From: Lytechinus pictus
Lineage: Eukaryota
Direction of reading: 5' to 3'
DNA length: 64,000 nt
Assembly: GCF_037042905.1 (NCBI RefSeq)
Contig: NC_087245.1
Location: 26,786,001 to 26,850,000 of the forward strand
Below the pieces are notes generated by a model. That model ran no database searches, was not told where the DNA came from, and saw nothing but the letters and a program-made list of their open reading frames with translations. Positions 21,731-36,700 of the stretch are shown piece by piece. The translations under genes and the position numbers were made by a program. Positions within the stretch are counted from its first letter, which is position 1. Every line of letters starts with the position of its first letter.

Positions 21731-24700
21731 CTGTTAATAATAGTAATAATCTGGTTATATATAAGGTGCTTACGACATAGGCACTTACATATTTACTATT
21801 ACCACCGTTATTGGATTCAATCAGTCACTGTTAGAATATCATACATTAAAGAATGTTACATTACAAAATTTGATCATAAATGAGATACATATATACATCA
21901 ATCCTTGAAGAAAAAAATACATATCCATGATTTGAGTGGTATTCAAGGACATATTTGTTACAAAAGTGTTTTTCTCATTTTAAAAGCATCAACAAACAAT
22001 TACTGGTAATGGGAATGGTAGAAAATGGAAGAGTCACCATGAACTGATTTGTACCTTTGTAATTAAAGTGATAACTGGAATACAAGTATATCCAATGAAG
22101 GTTTGATAAACATAAAGCCTTAAATAAGGAATAGTGATGTTGAGAAAAGAGATGTTCAGCCATTTTCTATCGAGTAAATCTATTGAGATGTGATGAAATT
22201 AAGGCTTTATGGTTTTCAGAATCTGAAAGTGCAACCAATTTTTTTTGCAATAAAATCTTGTGATATTTGACTCTTGAAACTCCTAAGTGATTCAAATGTC
22301 AGACTGGTGATTACTTTTCAGTCTTACCTGTTGACATCTTAAAACAGCCAGGTTGACCAGAGCTGTGGCCAGACTGGGATGATTTCCCAGTTTCCTTTGC
22401 TTTGATTCAACTGCTTGAAGGTATAGAGGTTCAGCTTTGTTATACTGGCCCTACGAGATAATGAAAAGAAAAAACCTTATTACAATCATAGGTAAACTCA
22501 TACAGCAATAAAAGATGTCACAACTGTGTACTAAAAGATATAACAAGTGGAACGCCTCTGGCAGTCTCGCCTGCATTATGCAATTTAATATAGCAGCAGA
22601 GCTAACTTTGAAAACTACTATAAAATAATCATTCACAAAAACACCATTCATATGGTCAAATACACCCATGTCCACATTTCATTCACTCTATCCATAAACT
22701 TTCAAAGTTATGATGGCAATTCAACAATTACCCCAACATGGCCTAAGTTTATTGACCTTAACTGACCTTTGACCTTGGTTTTGTGACCTGAAACTCACAG
22801 GGGATGTTTAGTGATACTTGATTACTCTTATATCCCAAGTTTTATGAAATAGATCCATAAACTTCAGAGTTAGGATGGTAATTCAACAAATACCCCCAAC
22901 ACGGCAAAAGTTCATTGACCTTAAATGACCTTTGACCATGGTCATGTGACCTGAAACTCGTACAAGATGTTCAGTGATACTCGATTACTCTTATGTCCAA
23001 GTTTTATGAACTAGATCCATAAACCTTCAGAGTTAGGATGGTAATTTAACAAAGACTCCCAACACGGCTAAAGTTCATTGACCTTAAATGACCATTGACC
23101 ATGGTCATGTGACCTGAAACTTGCACAGGATATTCAGTGGTACTTGATTAACCTAATGTCCAAGTTTCATGAACTAGATCCATAAATTTTCAAAGTTATG
23201 AAGGTAATTCAACAAATACCCCCAACTTGGCCAAAGTTCATTGACCCTAAATGACCTTTGACCTTGGCCATGGGACCTGAAACTCAGGCAGGATGTTCAC
23301 TAATACTTGATTAATAGGTGAGCGGCCAGAAGCCAAAAAGTGCCTTATTTCTTGACTTTAATCCCCCCGGCTGGATCAAAGCAAAATCATACATCAAATT
23401 AAAGGAAATTTTCAGAATTTTTCGGAATTGGGCATTAAAAATGCCGTAATGTGTAGCATCACCATGGAAACCAGCCTTGAATAAGCCAAGCCCATTTTAA
23501 ATACTTATTGAATATTTATCGTGAATTCTGATTTTTTACTCATTAATTTAAATTATCAGGTATTTTTTCTTACTTTCAAAGGATAGATCCACTATATACG
23601 GTAAGAAGAATTACTGAAAAACAACTTAGCATGAATTTTATGAACATTTTCTCAGAAATTGTTGCCTAGCAACATAACTTTCCTTAGCAACCATTTAGCT
23701 CCTTAAGTAAACCACTTATTTTTCCATTTCAAACCTAACTTTTAACTTTTTAACTAGGTTAAATTAAACTAAATAAGTTACACCAATGAAATAATATAAA
23801 ATATTATTGAAAAATAATAAAAAGAACTGAAAACCCCCATTTTAACTATTGCGAACCTCAAATAAATTTGCTAAGCTATACCTGACATAGCCCTCCACAT
23901 CGTACAAATTGCCATATTACCGGGTATTGTTCATTTTGACTACATTGATACACGCACGTACAAGTCACATACTTTATACTATTTTGTGGTGAAAAAGTTG
24001 ATTTGAGTTCATAATACCTGATCAATTAACATGCAGTATCTTGTCTTCAATAGAACAACAACGAATGACCATTTCATATTACCCATGGATACCAATTTGT
24101 TGCCTAGCAACAACTATTTTCCATAGCAATGACTATGTTAACACTTTTTTCCCTGGACAAATCTGTGGAAAATAGTCCATTATGAGCAATAATACTGACA
24201 CAATTATCATATAGATGCCTACAATTTCGTTTTCAATAATCATTCAACAAGCTGACTATTTCATAGCTTCCATGGAGACAAATGTGTTGCCTAGAAACAA
24301 TATTCCCTAGCAACGGCTATGTTAACACTCTTCATCTCGGCCAAATGTGAGCGAGGAAGTTGTGCCTTAGAGTAAAAATATTGAGAAAATTAACATATGA
24401 TAGTTTGTTATCGATAGGCAAACATCATTCCGGAGTTGTACCATTATCTACTGACAAAATTTCATTGCCTAGCAACACTATTTACCTGAGCAACGATATA
24501 TTTTCCCCTTAACAAATCTTGAGGAAATAATCCACTTTTAAGTGTACATTTGTTCAATATTATACATACATGCATACTGGCAATGGTAACCACTTCATTT
24601 CTCTTATTTCTAAAAAAATAATTTATCCTTGTTTGTATATTGCCTACCAATTTACGATGAGCATGGTATTTAAACTTTATCATACAAAAAAGAGAAATTT

Positions 24701-27700
24701 AAATGTTGCAGATAAAACGAGAATAATATGGTTTGGATGATTCATAGCTTAGTACGCAACATTTTTAAATAAAATAGAATGGACAACACTACTCTTCAGG
24801 TACAGTCCCTTATTAAAACTTTGATCATAAAGTGGGTCTTCACCTAAGGCTTGTACAGATAATTTTCTTTTTTCAATTTCACGGACTTCTTATACTCAAT
24901 TAAGTCATTGGCAGAGGCTTTTTACTGCATATTCAGATCACTTTCGTTGAGTGAATATGGAATGGTTAAAAAATGGATCTGTCTTGTCAAATAATACCTA
25001 ATCCCCCATGCATGTCCAACTTCCAAGGATGTGTCTGTGTGGAGGCTGTAGCCCAAAGATGCCAAAGCTGTGAGTTCGACAAGTTCCTGTTGAATCGTTA
25101 ATACTATTAATAAGGGTCAGAAGTTGAATCACAGGGAACTTATGATGTCACTTTCAATCTGATAACTGTCAAGAAATCAGAGGGATGAAAGCATGGAAAC
25201 TTGGGATCTTAAGCCTTAATATGATTGTTGTTTACCCAATTGCTAAGAAAGCATGAATACTTGTAAGCAAACAACCAGAGGACCGACAGCTTGATGTCCT
25301 CTCCAAAACCTGGTAACATGGTAATGAGGATGCGCCTTACAAAAGAGCACTAATGCACCAAGTGGGAATCAAATCCAGGTCAGCGGAATCCGAAACCCCC
25401 TCTCTACCGACTGAGCTATCTATCATTCCTGATTAGGCCAAGAAAAGGACAAGAAAACCATAAAGGATAGAAAGGCTTACTAAATTGGGAGATGTTTTCT
25501 ATGTCTAAGTGTCATCATGTAATATGTCATGAGGTTTGCACTCTTCTGCTGAATAGAGACAACAAGGGAGGGGCATACAATAAAAGTCCCTGAATATGGA
25601 GAGGAGGCATATCAGCTTAAGTAGTCTTTGATGTTGTCCTTCAGGTATTTTCGGCTACAGCGATAGTGTCAGTGACTCCGGCTGTTAAAAACTGATGCCT
25701 TAAATACTCAGTTTAAGAAAAGATGTCTGAAAGAAAAGACAAGGATTTCTCTCAACATGCATACATATGTAAAGGACATTGACAAAGGTAAAGCTTCGGA
25801 AAACAGGTACACATGCCACTATCTGACTATTGCAGGGCTTACACTAACGCTACTGTTTGTTCCATGGAGATTTAGATCAATGTACATCTTTAAAGACATC
25901 CGTATATGTCTGAGAAAATATCTAAAACTGATGTTATTGGGATGATACCCCTACAGTATTGGTAAAACATACTACTCTGTATTTGTAATGATGATTTGTT
26001 CAAATAATAAGGCTGGAACATCTAAAGGCATAATTCTGTATCACTGCTTAAATGGAGTGGAAAAACATAGAATTGTGCAATAATCTCTAAAGTAATAATC
26101 ACTCCTCAGTGCGCCAAAACGGACTAAGTGATGATCTGGCAAGTCTAACTCCTTACTGTGCTATAAATCATCTCTGTGCTGATCCAGAAAGATCCCAACG
26201 TAGTGTATTCTACCTCAAGAACAGAGAGCAAATAAAAAACTGAGGGTCAGATGGTAACAAGCCAACCTACCTTGGCGTCATTCTAGACCGTTCTTTTTCA
26301 TAGAAAGAACATGCTGCCAAAACAAATGCAAAATTTGGAGCAAGGAATGTCATTCGGAAGGAGCTGGGAAACAGATGGGGAACTGACATATACCAATTCT
26401 ATCTGTACCACAGCTCTTGCTCTATGCTTCCCCACTGCTGAGTACTAGCCCTTGGTGCTAAGTATTGACCCTGAGTCTTGAATGGAGCATGCAGAGCCAT
26501 CACTGGCTGATTGCGACTAACAGATGTGAGTAATCTTTACCTACTCTGTTTTATTGCCCCACCATACGTCAGAAGAGAAGTCATCAGCACAGATGAAAGG
26601 AAAAAAAAAACAATCTAGAAGATAATGTTCCACTCGTCAACCATGAACCTGCCAAGAGACTCAAATCTAGACACAGTTTCCTCCGCTCAACATAATCCCT
26701 TGACGACTCTGCACGCATGAAAGCGTCACCCTCTGGTCTAACAATCTCCAGTCTGTGATGCACAATCTCACCTATGGACTTAGTACATCACTCTCCAGGT
26801 CCAAGTTAAAAATGGACTACCTGATCTTGTTTGAATCGCCTATGGGTCTACAATAGGAATGAAGAAACTACCTGCAACTGCGAGGATGATCATAGTATAC
26901 AACACTTTTGTGTCTGCCCCCTCCTACCAGAGCTATGAACTGCCACTGCACTAGAGTCTTTTCACATGAAAGCTACATGTAGATTTTGTACCATTAACAT
27001 GACATGCCATCTTTAATGACATAAGAAGAAGTGTGTCATTGATTATCTGACTGGTAGAAGACACCTATTTACGGTAATCTGACATTTGGGGAAAAAATGA
27101 TTATTTGCTCATGGGTTGTTGGATGGGGGAGGGGGCAGGGACTTAATTGGTTCCTGATGGGGTTGCCGTGGGGTTGTCGGTTAGGTTAAAACTTTGCTGA
27201 AAACGGTGCCTATATTCTGATTGTTAGTGTTTTAAGGTGAAAATTACAATTTGCCAGTGGAAGAGCAAAGATATTCGATGCTAACAATCTTACCCCATAT
27301 CTACATACCCCCCCCCCCCTTAAAAAGCCACCTTTTGGAAAGACTGTGTAGTAGAGGGTTCAAGCAAGATCTGGCTTTTGGGTTGAACGACTCCAGATCT
27401 TTGGCAGCGCAAGGCTCTGGTAGGACGGAGGGGGGGGGGGGGCAGACCAAAAGGTGATGCATTGTCTGATCCTCCCCTCAGTCGTAGATAGTGTCTGCAT
27501 CCCTGCTGTAGCCCCGAACTGCATAATAGGACTTTACACCTTCCTGTTCCAGACCATAGGCGATTAAGATCATTGTGATTTACATATTTTAGTAGGTACC
27601 CTATACAGTATAGCTTTTGAGTTCACAATCACTACAGTTAGGAATTATATTTGCCATACTGATAAATATTTTCGTTTCCCATTTCAGACACTTTAAGACT

Positions 27701-30700
27701 TATTGGTTGGTCTTAGATATGTATTACCCTTCCAAAAATGTTACATGTATATGATAAAATGTTCCAAATAACAAACTAAATGATATTGTTAATAATACCA
27801 TTTCCGTACGCAGCGAAAAGTTACATTTTAAAACTGAAAATTTTCACAAAATTCACCAAAAGTGTGCATGATATCCTTCAATTTACTATGAAAAAGCGCC
27901 CCTTGCCAAACTCAGTAGCTTCGCCCCCTTGCTTTGTTTCTTGGAGATTTTTTAGTCGTCTTGCCACCCCAAGGACAAATTTTCTTCATACAGCCATGCC
28001 CTCTCTCAATATGCCGACTGCCTGGCCAGATGGCTGAAATTAATTGTCATCACCACGATAAATGCTTAGAATAGTATAAGATGCATTTTGAGGACCAAAA
28101 TAGGGAATTTTTGGGAGGTTACAGGCTTGAAATATCGCCCAAAAGTGATGGTTGCTAGGGAAAATGCTATTGCTAGGCAACATAATGGTTTCCATAGGTA
28201 ACAGAAAAATCTATTAATACTCAATTATTTAGATTAGAACAGATAACATGACACAGCAGGGTATCTAAGGAAGATTTATAGCAATATTATAAAATCCATA
28301 ATAGACCATACTGTTGCGTATAGTCGTAAATACACACAAACATGGTGATATCCGTCACATGCAGGGTTAATCAAACATGGCAATAATGTAATTTTCATGA
28401 TCATAAATGCATTATACATCATAGTCTTCCTCTTTTATTCATTTTTTCATCAAAATTCACCTTCTTCATTAGTTTTTACAAATTAAAAACTTTTAAAAAA
28501 TGATAAAATGAATTAATCTGATAAAAAAGAGAGAATATTGAAAAGTTAATATGGTTGCTAGGGAAAATAATGTTGCTAGGCAGCAGTTTTGAAATCAAAT
28601 ATGTATAAAATATGTATTTGGTTGCTAGGCGTTATCATATCATTCAATCTGTAGTGATTTTATCCTTGTAAAATCTATATTTATAAATAAATTAGTGTAA
28701 TTCATTAACAAATATAAATAATAAGTTACTGCTTTGCATTTATCACAAAAATGGGCGTGGCCTATTCAAGGCTGGTTTCCATGGTGAAGCTACACTCTGC
28801 GACACTTTTAATTCCCAGTTCTAAAAAATTCAGAAAATTTCCTTCAAAATGATGCATGTTTTTGCTTTGATCCAGTCGGGGGGATTAAAGTCCCAAATTT
28901 TGGCCTCTCGCCGCTCGCCTATAACCTTATGTCCAAGTTTCATGAACTAGATCCATAAATTTTCAAAGTTATGATAGTAATTCAACAAATACCCCCAACT
29001 TGACCAAAGTTCATTGACCCTAAATGACCTTTGACCTTGGTCATGTGACCTGAAACTCAAGCAGGATGTTCACTAATACTTGATTAACCTTATGCCCAAG
29101 TTTCATGAACTAGGTCCATATACTTTCTAAGTTATGATGTCAATTCAAAAACTTAACCTTCGGTTAAGATTTTGAAAATAATTCTCCCAACATGGTCTAA
29201 GTTCATTGACCCTAAATGACCTTTGACCTTAGTCATGTGACCTGAAACTCAAGCAGGATGTTCAGTAATACTTGATTAACCTTATGTCCAAGTTTCATGA
29301 ACTAGGTCCATATACTTTCTAAGTTATGATGTCATTTCAAAAACTTAACCTTAGGTTAAGATTTGATGTTGACGCCGCCGCCGCCGCCGTCGGAAAAGCG
29401 GCGCCTATAGTCTCGCTCTGCTATGCAGGCGAGACAAAAATCAAGATTCTGTGTGACTCAAATACACAAATCATCAAGTTAATTACCTGCTTAAACACAA
29501 AATTGCCCCAAAACATGATTTCATTAAGGTTTTCATGTTGGTTTCAGATGGGGAGGAGTGGATCGGACACCTGCTATGCGGAAAGACTTCAAGAGATATT
29601 CTATTCATTTCTATTGAAAGAGGGGAGCCATGAGGAAGGTAGCGGAGAGGCTGCTATGACCTCTCTTCACCAGGAACGGGTACCCCAACAACACACCTGT
29701 TTCCTGTACAATACAGCCAGACTGCGTGCAGTAGCGAGCACCAATGGATGATCCTGAGGCATGTTGGAGCTCCTGATGGCTAGTGCCCTCTCGTAGAGTT
29801 CTTCAGCCTGGTTGGTCTGGTCTCTATCATTGTGAAGAGTAGCTAGACTATGAAGACTCTGGGCTACGTCTACGTGGTGAGGACCAAGAACTGACTCACG
29901 CATGTCCAGGGCTCTCTGGAAATAACTCTCTGCAGACCTAGAGATTGAGCATAACATAAATAATAATGATTTACGAGAACAGACTGATATTTTGCACAAA
30001 CCAACTAGAAATCAGAAGGGTCCTTATTGTCATTTATTTTCAGGGGCACTATAAGCATTTGTCCACGAAACCAATGAAATTCAATAATCATGAAGCGCTT
30101 AATGACCAGATCCCTTGGAAATGCATCAAAAGGAAGTACCACCTATTTGCTGACATTATATTTTCACTTAATCAGGGGAAAACTAAATTCTCTCTACAGG
30201 ACCTATTTTTCGTTCTAAATTGATTCAAAATTAGATTTTCTTTCTAGCACCAAAAACCTCTTCATGATGAATATTTTGCAAACTACATGTACATACAAAA
30301 AAGATCTCTGGCAATCATCCTTTAGTGGCCAATTCTTTATTCTGCTGCACCTGTTTAAAGAATAGCCTTACTTTGTACCCAGAAAAGAAAATGGTTTATT
30401 GGCCATATTAATCATAATATACCTCTTATCGACCACATAATTTTTCTAGCATCATATCTGTAAAAATATTTATCAGTTTACCTAGTTTTCGTCTCATTTG
30501 TGAAGAAAATTGAGCAGATCACAATCCCATGTTTAGGCCGACGACTCAGATTCTATGTGCGCAATACTCCATATATATCAGAGACTAACTAAACGACAAT
30601 ATCAAAGTTGCTCATTTGCACCCTTATGTTAGGACTGACCACCTGCTATACACTAATTTGCGGCAGATTCTTGTCACTAAATATTTTGACTCTTCCAAAT

Positions 30701-33700
30701 AGTTCTATGATGTCACCATGCTAAATGATTGTCTCACTACTTCTAATTCGAGCTTTGGTACATGATTCGACGATTGACAACGGATATCTGTTCTAAAGCT
30801 ATATCCTATCAGATTTCTTGGTGTTGCAGCGGGGTTCGGGTTTGGTCAATACAATTTTGACAAGTTCTACAAAAATTTTACCGTTTTATCCTTCTTTTTC
30901 TTTCGTGAAATGGATTCTCATCCTTCCTATGGACACTGCGCCTACTCTCCCGCGCATAGTGTTTCGTAATACACAATAATCTGAATGCATGCAAGGTGGT
31001 CTGTTTAAAAAGAGGTGGTCAATATGATGTGGTGGACTCACTATACTTTCAAAAATATAAGTTTTATTTAGAATATTCTGCATTCATAAAAATGATTCAA
31101 ATTATAAACCTTAAGCCTAACAATTCAGAGATTAAAAGCATGATATGATTGACTAGAAAGAAAAGAGCTTTCATACTGATAATTCTTCTGTAGATAATAG
31201 AGCATTCCAAGTTCATTAAGGGTCCGTGCCAGATCAGCCGATTCTGCTCCTTGCGTCAGCTGCTCCATTTGAAGAGTGCGTCGCCGTAGGGCAGACAGCG
31301 CCCTCACTTGGTGAGCTGATAGCTGAGTTTGGGCTTGCTTGCGGATCATGTGAGCCCTCTTCTGGAGAGGATCTGCCAAATTATGTCTGATGGAAATAAA
31401 AATTTTCATTAAAATAAAAACAAGTTAGAAACTGCGGCAAAGCTCCCTGGAGTAATATATTAATGTAATCTTTAATTTTTTTTGGAATTACCACACAAGT
31501 CATTGTTTGAGTAAGGATTCTCAACATAAAGTGCCATTTGAAGAATTATCATACACTTAAAAGGACCCTGTGTATTGATGATACAATATTTTGATTTATG
31601 ACTTTCAATGATTTGTGTAACAGATAAGTACATTATTTTGTATGGAAAAAGATCAAACATTTTAATTGGATTCCACACTTATTTGGCTGATTCCTCAGCA
31701 ATTACACGATTCCTTCCAGAATCCTTTGGCACCAATGTTTAATTCATACACTTGCATGGTCATTTTATTGGATTCTGTGCAAACTCATTTATTAAGGTGC
31801 TTGCAAGGGGCCGAGCCCTATTTGTGACTGACTGGATAGTCCTGGTTAATATTTACAATAATTCGTACAACATACTTGTTCTGCTTCCGGTAGATGACCA
31901 CTAGTGAGTCCAGAACCTTGGCCACATCCACGTGGCTATTCCCCAGGGCATTCTCACTGATCATCAAAGCCTGTTGGTAGTATGCTTCAGCCGAACCAAA
32001 CTTGCCACCTTGTCCATGGATGGCACCCAACAGATGAAAGCACTGGGCGACACTCAGGTGGTCAGGATCAATGGATTCCCGGATCTCAAGGGATCTCTGC
32101 ACTGACCAGATTGCCTGCATTTGGAGAAGGAAAAAAAGTACATTGACCACAAGCAACATTATTTCCTGGGATGCTTTCATCAACATTTTTGTCCGACAAG
32201 TGGTCGGATCTCACAGCTTCCCTCGATTTCGATAAGCTGAGAAGCAATGCTACTTTCTTAACTGTCAGATAAAATATTTGACAGGTCCACTCATGAAACC
32301 ACATTTTAGGGGGCCTGTCTGTTATCATAAATGGCAGACATCCATATGAGGAGTTATAGTGGTGTTCTCCTTTGAAGAGCATGAAGCCATCAATTCAATG
32401 GTTTGCTTCAATACATTAAAGCATGAAATGCTTTATAGGCAACTTGTCAACAGCTGTATCTTTCAGCAGGAATCCTGTAATAAAGGTGCTATGCGTCTTT
32501 TCATAGTGGCATTCCCGCACTTTCCATCATTTTGTCTATGACAAAATTTGAGTTTGGCAGGATTCTTCCGGGAAAGACATAGCTATGACTTTTGACAGGG
32601 GGTCGTAAGCAGTAGGCCAAAATAAATAACTTTAAAGGTAATAGAAAGTAGTTGGAGCAAATAATTCTTTTATGAGTAAGTCCTTTAAATCAAGGTTACA
32701 ATGTAATTGTCACCATTTCATCATAAATCTAAAACTGGTACATTAATGTAAACTCGTCTTTGTGAAATCATGAAATCTTAGCTGAAAACCTATAATTCTG
32801 ATGATCAATGACACAGAAAACCATGTGGGACAGTGTACCAACATTGCTTGGAAAATACCCAACATTTGATGGAATTCTCTCAGCAATTACATATTTTCTT
32901 CCAGACCCATTAGGCACATATTTGTTAATTTATACATATAAACACTTGCGTGATAATTTTATTGGATTCTGTTCGAACTCATTCCGGTATCGTTACCCCA
33001 CCTGGCATTTATCTTTAACCTACATTTCTTCATGCTCACTGCTCCATTACAGCATTTACACTTGTTATACAATGACACTTAATTCTGCATAAGTCAACCT
33101 TCCATAATTAAAATAATCACCCGAGTCAAAAAAAAAATCTGATCAGAATATGCAAAATGTGTTATTTACTCATTGTAGTTGAATCTTTCCTTAATTGAAG
33201 AAATTTCTTAGTCCAAAGATATTTCACTAGGGCAGATTTACCAGTACTAGTACCAAGTCATTAACATAAATGCAACATATAAAAAATGCAGTCAGAGCAG
33301 AAATGATCTTACATTATATACAGAGTACAAAGACATGCATCATCCTACCTGATTTAGTAGTCCAAGATCCTTAACAAATCTTGCCAGCATCTCGTACAAA
33401 TCAGCTATCCTAGGCAAGGGGATCTGTCCATTTTGATCTACATGTACAGTAGAACACACACAAAAAACAGTATTCAGCTAAATCTTCTCAAGTGACAAAA
33501 AAAAATTTCTTCAAATATTCTTTTAAAAATCTCATAGTAATTCTTAATAGGTTTTAAATATTTAATTTTTTAAATATATCTTCATGGCAAGTGTCCAGCC
33601 AGCATATTGACATCTTTAACCAGGACCTCAGCACCCATAACACAAAGAATTGCAATCAAGTACAAAGTGATAATGGTATAACAATCAATTGTGCATGTTG

Positions 33701-36700
33701 TTCAAAATTCACAATCAACCAATCAAACATTTGCAATTGATTGCAAATCTTTGTGTTACAGGGCCAAGAAGAGCTCTTGCAGAGTTGCCTGATCTACATG
33801 GTTGTCAGGATAAAAATTATCCATTTTAGCTTCTTAAAGACCACTTTTTTGTAACAGTTTCAAAATTCATTCACTATTCACCTCAACTGGATGGTACAGG
33901 TATATACTAGTAATAAAGAATGACCTCATTCAAGTTCGTAAATTAGGAAACAGCTCTCTATAATTTCAATGAAGAACAGTCCCTTCCCCATCCCCTTTAT
34001 GCCCCCCCCCCCCAGTAAAAACTTACTTTCTTCAACTTTCTTGATGGTAGTGAAGTAGATGTTAGCCATGGCCTGTCGGTCCACCCCGAGTGTTTGCCAG
34101 TACGTCAGCAGATCCGAACAGCGCCCTCTGGAGTACATGATCCTGAAGACGCATAAATTGCTGACAGTCTCCTGGAGCTTGGAGCTGCTCCCTGAGACCT
34201 GGATCAGGTACGGGAGCTCCTCGGTCAGTCTGGAGGTCGTGGAGCCAGGCCTACAGAAAATATACGGAAAGAAATAAAAAACTTACTAGTTGGCTTGTGA
34301 TATACTGCATTTCTCTTGTGGAACAAAAGTGGTTTGAGATATTGAGAAGGAAAGACAATGAATCTGTGAAAAGAACATGGGATCTCAAAGTGGATGGCAT
34401 ATAAGGAAAAGGAAGACCTGAGATGATATGGATAGATATGGTGAAGGAAAAAAAGCAAAAAGAAGAACAAAGAGGATACTCAAGCAAGAAAGAAGTGAAA
34501 GGTGGGAGTGTCATCCCGGTGTGGAGTCAGTAGCTCGTTGTGATGGTAAAAAGTGACTGAAGTAAATGATGACAATGATATGTTTACATGTATTATGGTA
34601 AAAAAATAAGACATAGAGAAAAATATATGCCATAATGTAAACAAACATAAGATATCATGTTTATAACTTCGTTAACAGTTAACATGAGAGTAAGATAACT
34701 CCCCCAGGGCATTTGAGGGATACTTGAGCCTACTTCCCTTCATACTTTTATCTTTAAGCACTTATTTACAAACACAACTTTTGTGGAACACAGCTACCTG
34801 TATACTTCTACTTTATATTCATTGAAATAGATAATAGGTCCACAATTACATAACTCTTTTATAACTGTAACTATCAAGGACATCTTGGGTTTCATGCAAT
34901 TGACGAAGAAAAAAATTACAATAAATGCACTTACTTGAGAAGCTTTTTGAAGTAGTGGACAAGTCTACTGATGACAGCCTGCAGTTCTCTCTCACCATGA
35001 GGTTCAGTGCAGTGGCTCAGTCTGACTGCATCACAAGCCTGTCAAAAAGAGGAATACATGTAGTAATGACAGAGTGCAATCCGTTAGCGTTATAATTCAA
35101 TGGTCTGTAGTCCAGTTTAACCCAGGTCATGGTCTAACTCTGTGATAAAATTATGGGGAGCCCAAAAATTTCAAAACTGCATTAGTGTCTATCTTTAATT
35201 TGCTCTCTCCGCCTGTTTAAATAATTAAGAGCACTATTTCTGTAATTATTCCCAAGTCAGTAAAGAATGATTTGAGCATCAAATGAGCTTGAAAACTGAA
35301 CTTGTATTGTTACAGATACCTGTCACAACTGGCTATCCATAGTTAAACCACAACTTAAGACCAGAGTTTAATTCAAACCCGAGTTTAGGATACAGGCCTA
35401 TGTATTTACACCTCTGTTCTTAATGTATGGAGAGTATAGAGAGAGGGAAAATTCTAACCTGTGTATGTGCAAAGGTCACGACCCCTGCCTTAAAGGTCAT
35501 GACATGTCTGTTGATGAGGTCATGGCAGAGGGGAGCCCAGTGATTCCAAGTAAGATCAGGAATCAGATCAAACAATTCCAGCTCAGAAATACCATTCCTT
35601 GAGGCATACACCAACAAACACACCTAAAAAAGGGCAATTCAGAAAATAAATGAAAAAAGTATAGTGTAATTAATGAATTAAGACATAATGAAATGTATTT
35701 AGCGTTCATATACATGATGCATATTCTAGCCTAGAGCTATTTTGAAAAAAAGGGGCGTATATAAAGTTCTAGAGGCATTTGGGGTAAAAGTTGCGGACAT
35801 GTCTATTTAATACAATTCAAATGTACGGAATCTGATAAGACCTGTTCCCAAGCTGATATCTGAGGTTTTCACAACCTAATTTGCATAAAAAGAATAGTTG
35901 TCAAATTGACAATTTTCATGCTTATTTTTATAACATTGCTTTTCGATGTTATCAGTAAGACATGGATAGCGTAAAATCTGTCATAGACAACAATAATACT
36001 GTAGACAGCATAACTATATCTTTAGAACTCATACAATTGCTTATTTTTATGTGCAATGCATTAATATATGCAAATCTATGCTTGTTTTGTAATACTATGC
36101 TACAATACAACTAATTGAGTTAAAAAATTTACAATTTTTCGTAGAAATAAACTTCACAATACCAGATTATAAAATCATAGTCAGTGCTCATGCATTCCAT
36201 GTTTTTTTTTTAATTCTTTTGTTTTCCATTGTATTTTTTCAACCATTCATTTCCTACGTGTTTAGTTTCCAGATCAGGCAAAATTGCTGATAATCAATGT
36301 GAGAAACGAATGATCCTAAAGATTAAATGATTCTTACATGAGCTTTTACTGCACATTTAAATAGATGTTACTGCACAAACACACTAAGCACACACACCCT
36401 CACACGAATTTTCATCCACACTCACATGCACGGTGGGCATGTGGTCTAGTGGTCAGAGCATTGGACTGATTATTGTGAGGTTGTCAATTTGAATACCAGC
36501 TTGGGCATTATCTCCACTTTATAAACCAAAAAGAAAAAAAAGGCCTAAGAGTAATTCTATCGTCTATAAGGTCAGTCACTATGGCTGATTGACTAAGACG
36601 TAAAATTAACCATATGTAATTGATTAATATAATTTCTGAAGGTTTCCAAGGCGACGAAGAAGAGTGTAGTGGTACATCATGTATTCTTTCGTGGGCATGT

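Larger units (their letters stand above)
22542..29440 (-). mobile_element. Helentron-associated non-autonomous element (HINE/DINE-1-like) with ~162-bp tandem core, split by an Academ insertion
   Basis: Subterminal inverted GTCTCGCCTGCAT/ATGCAGGCGAGAC, terminal hairpin GTCTCGC..GCGAGAC, T-rich ends, tandem GACCTTTGACC units; homologous to 39475-40662. Confidence 0.7.

Noticed and set aside
22700..23310. CRISPR-like array
   Set aside because: Whole ~162-bp units repeat with no unique spacers; eukaryotic TE core.
30300..31100. Possible decayed retroelement in NPHP3 intron 19
   Set aside because: No motif or terminus that I could identify by eye.
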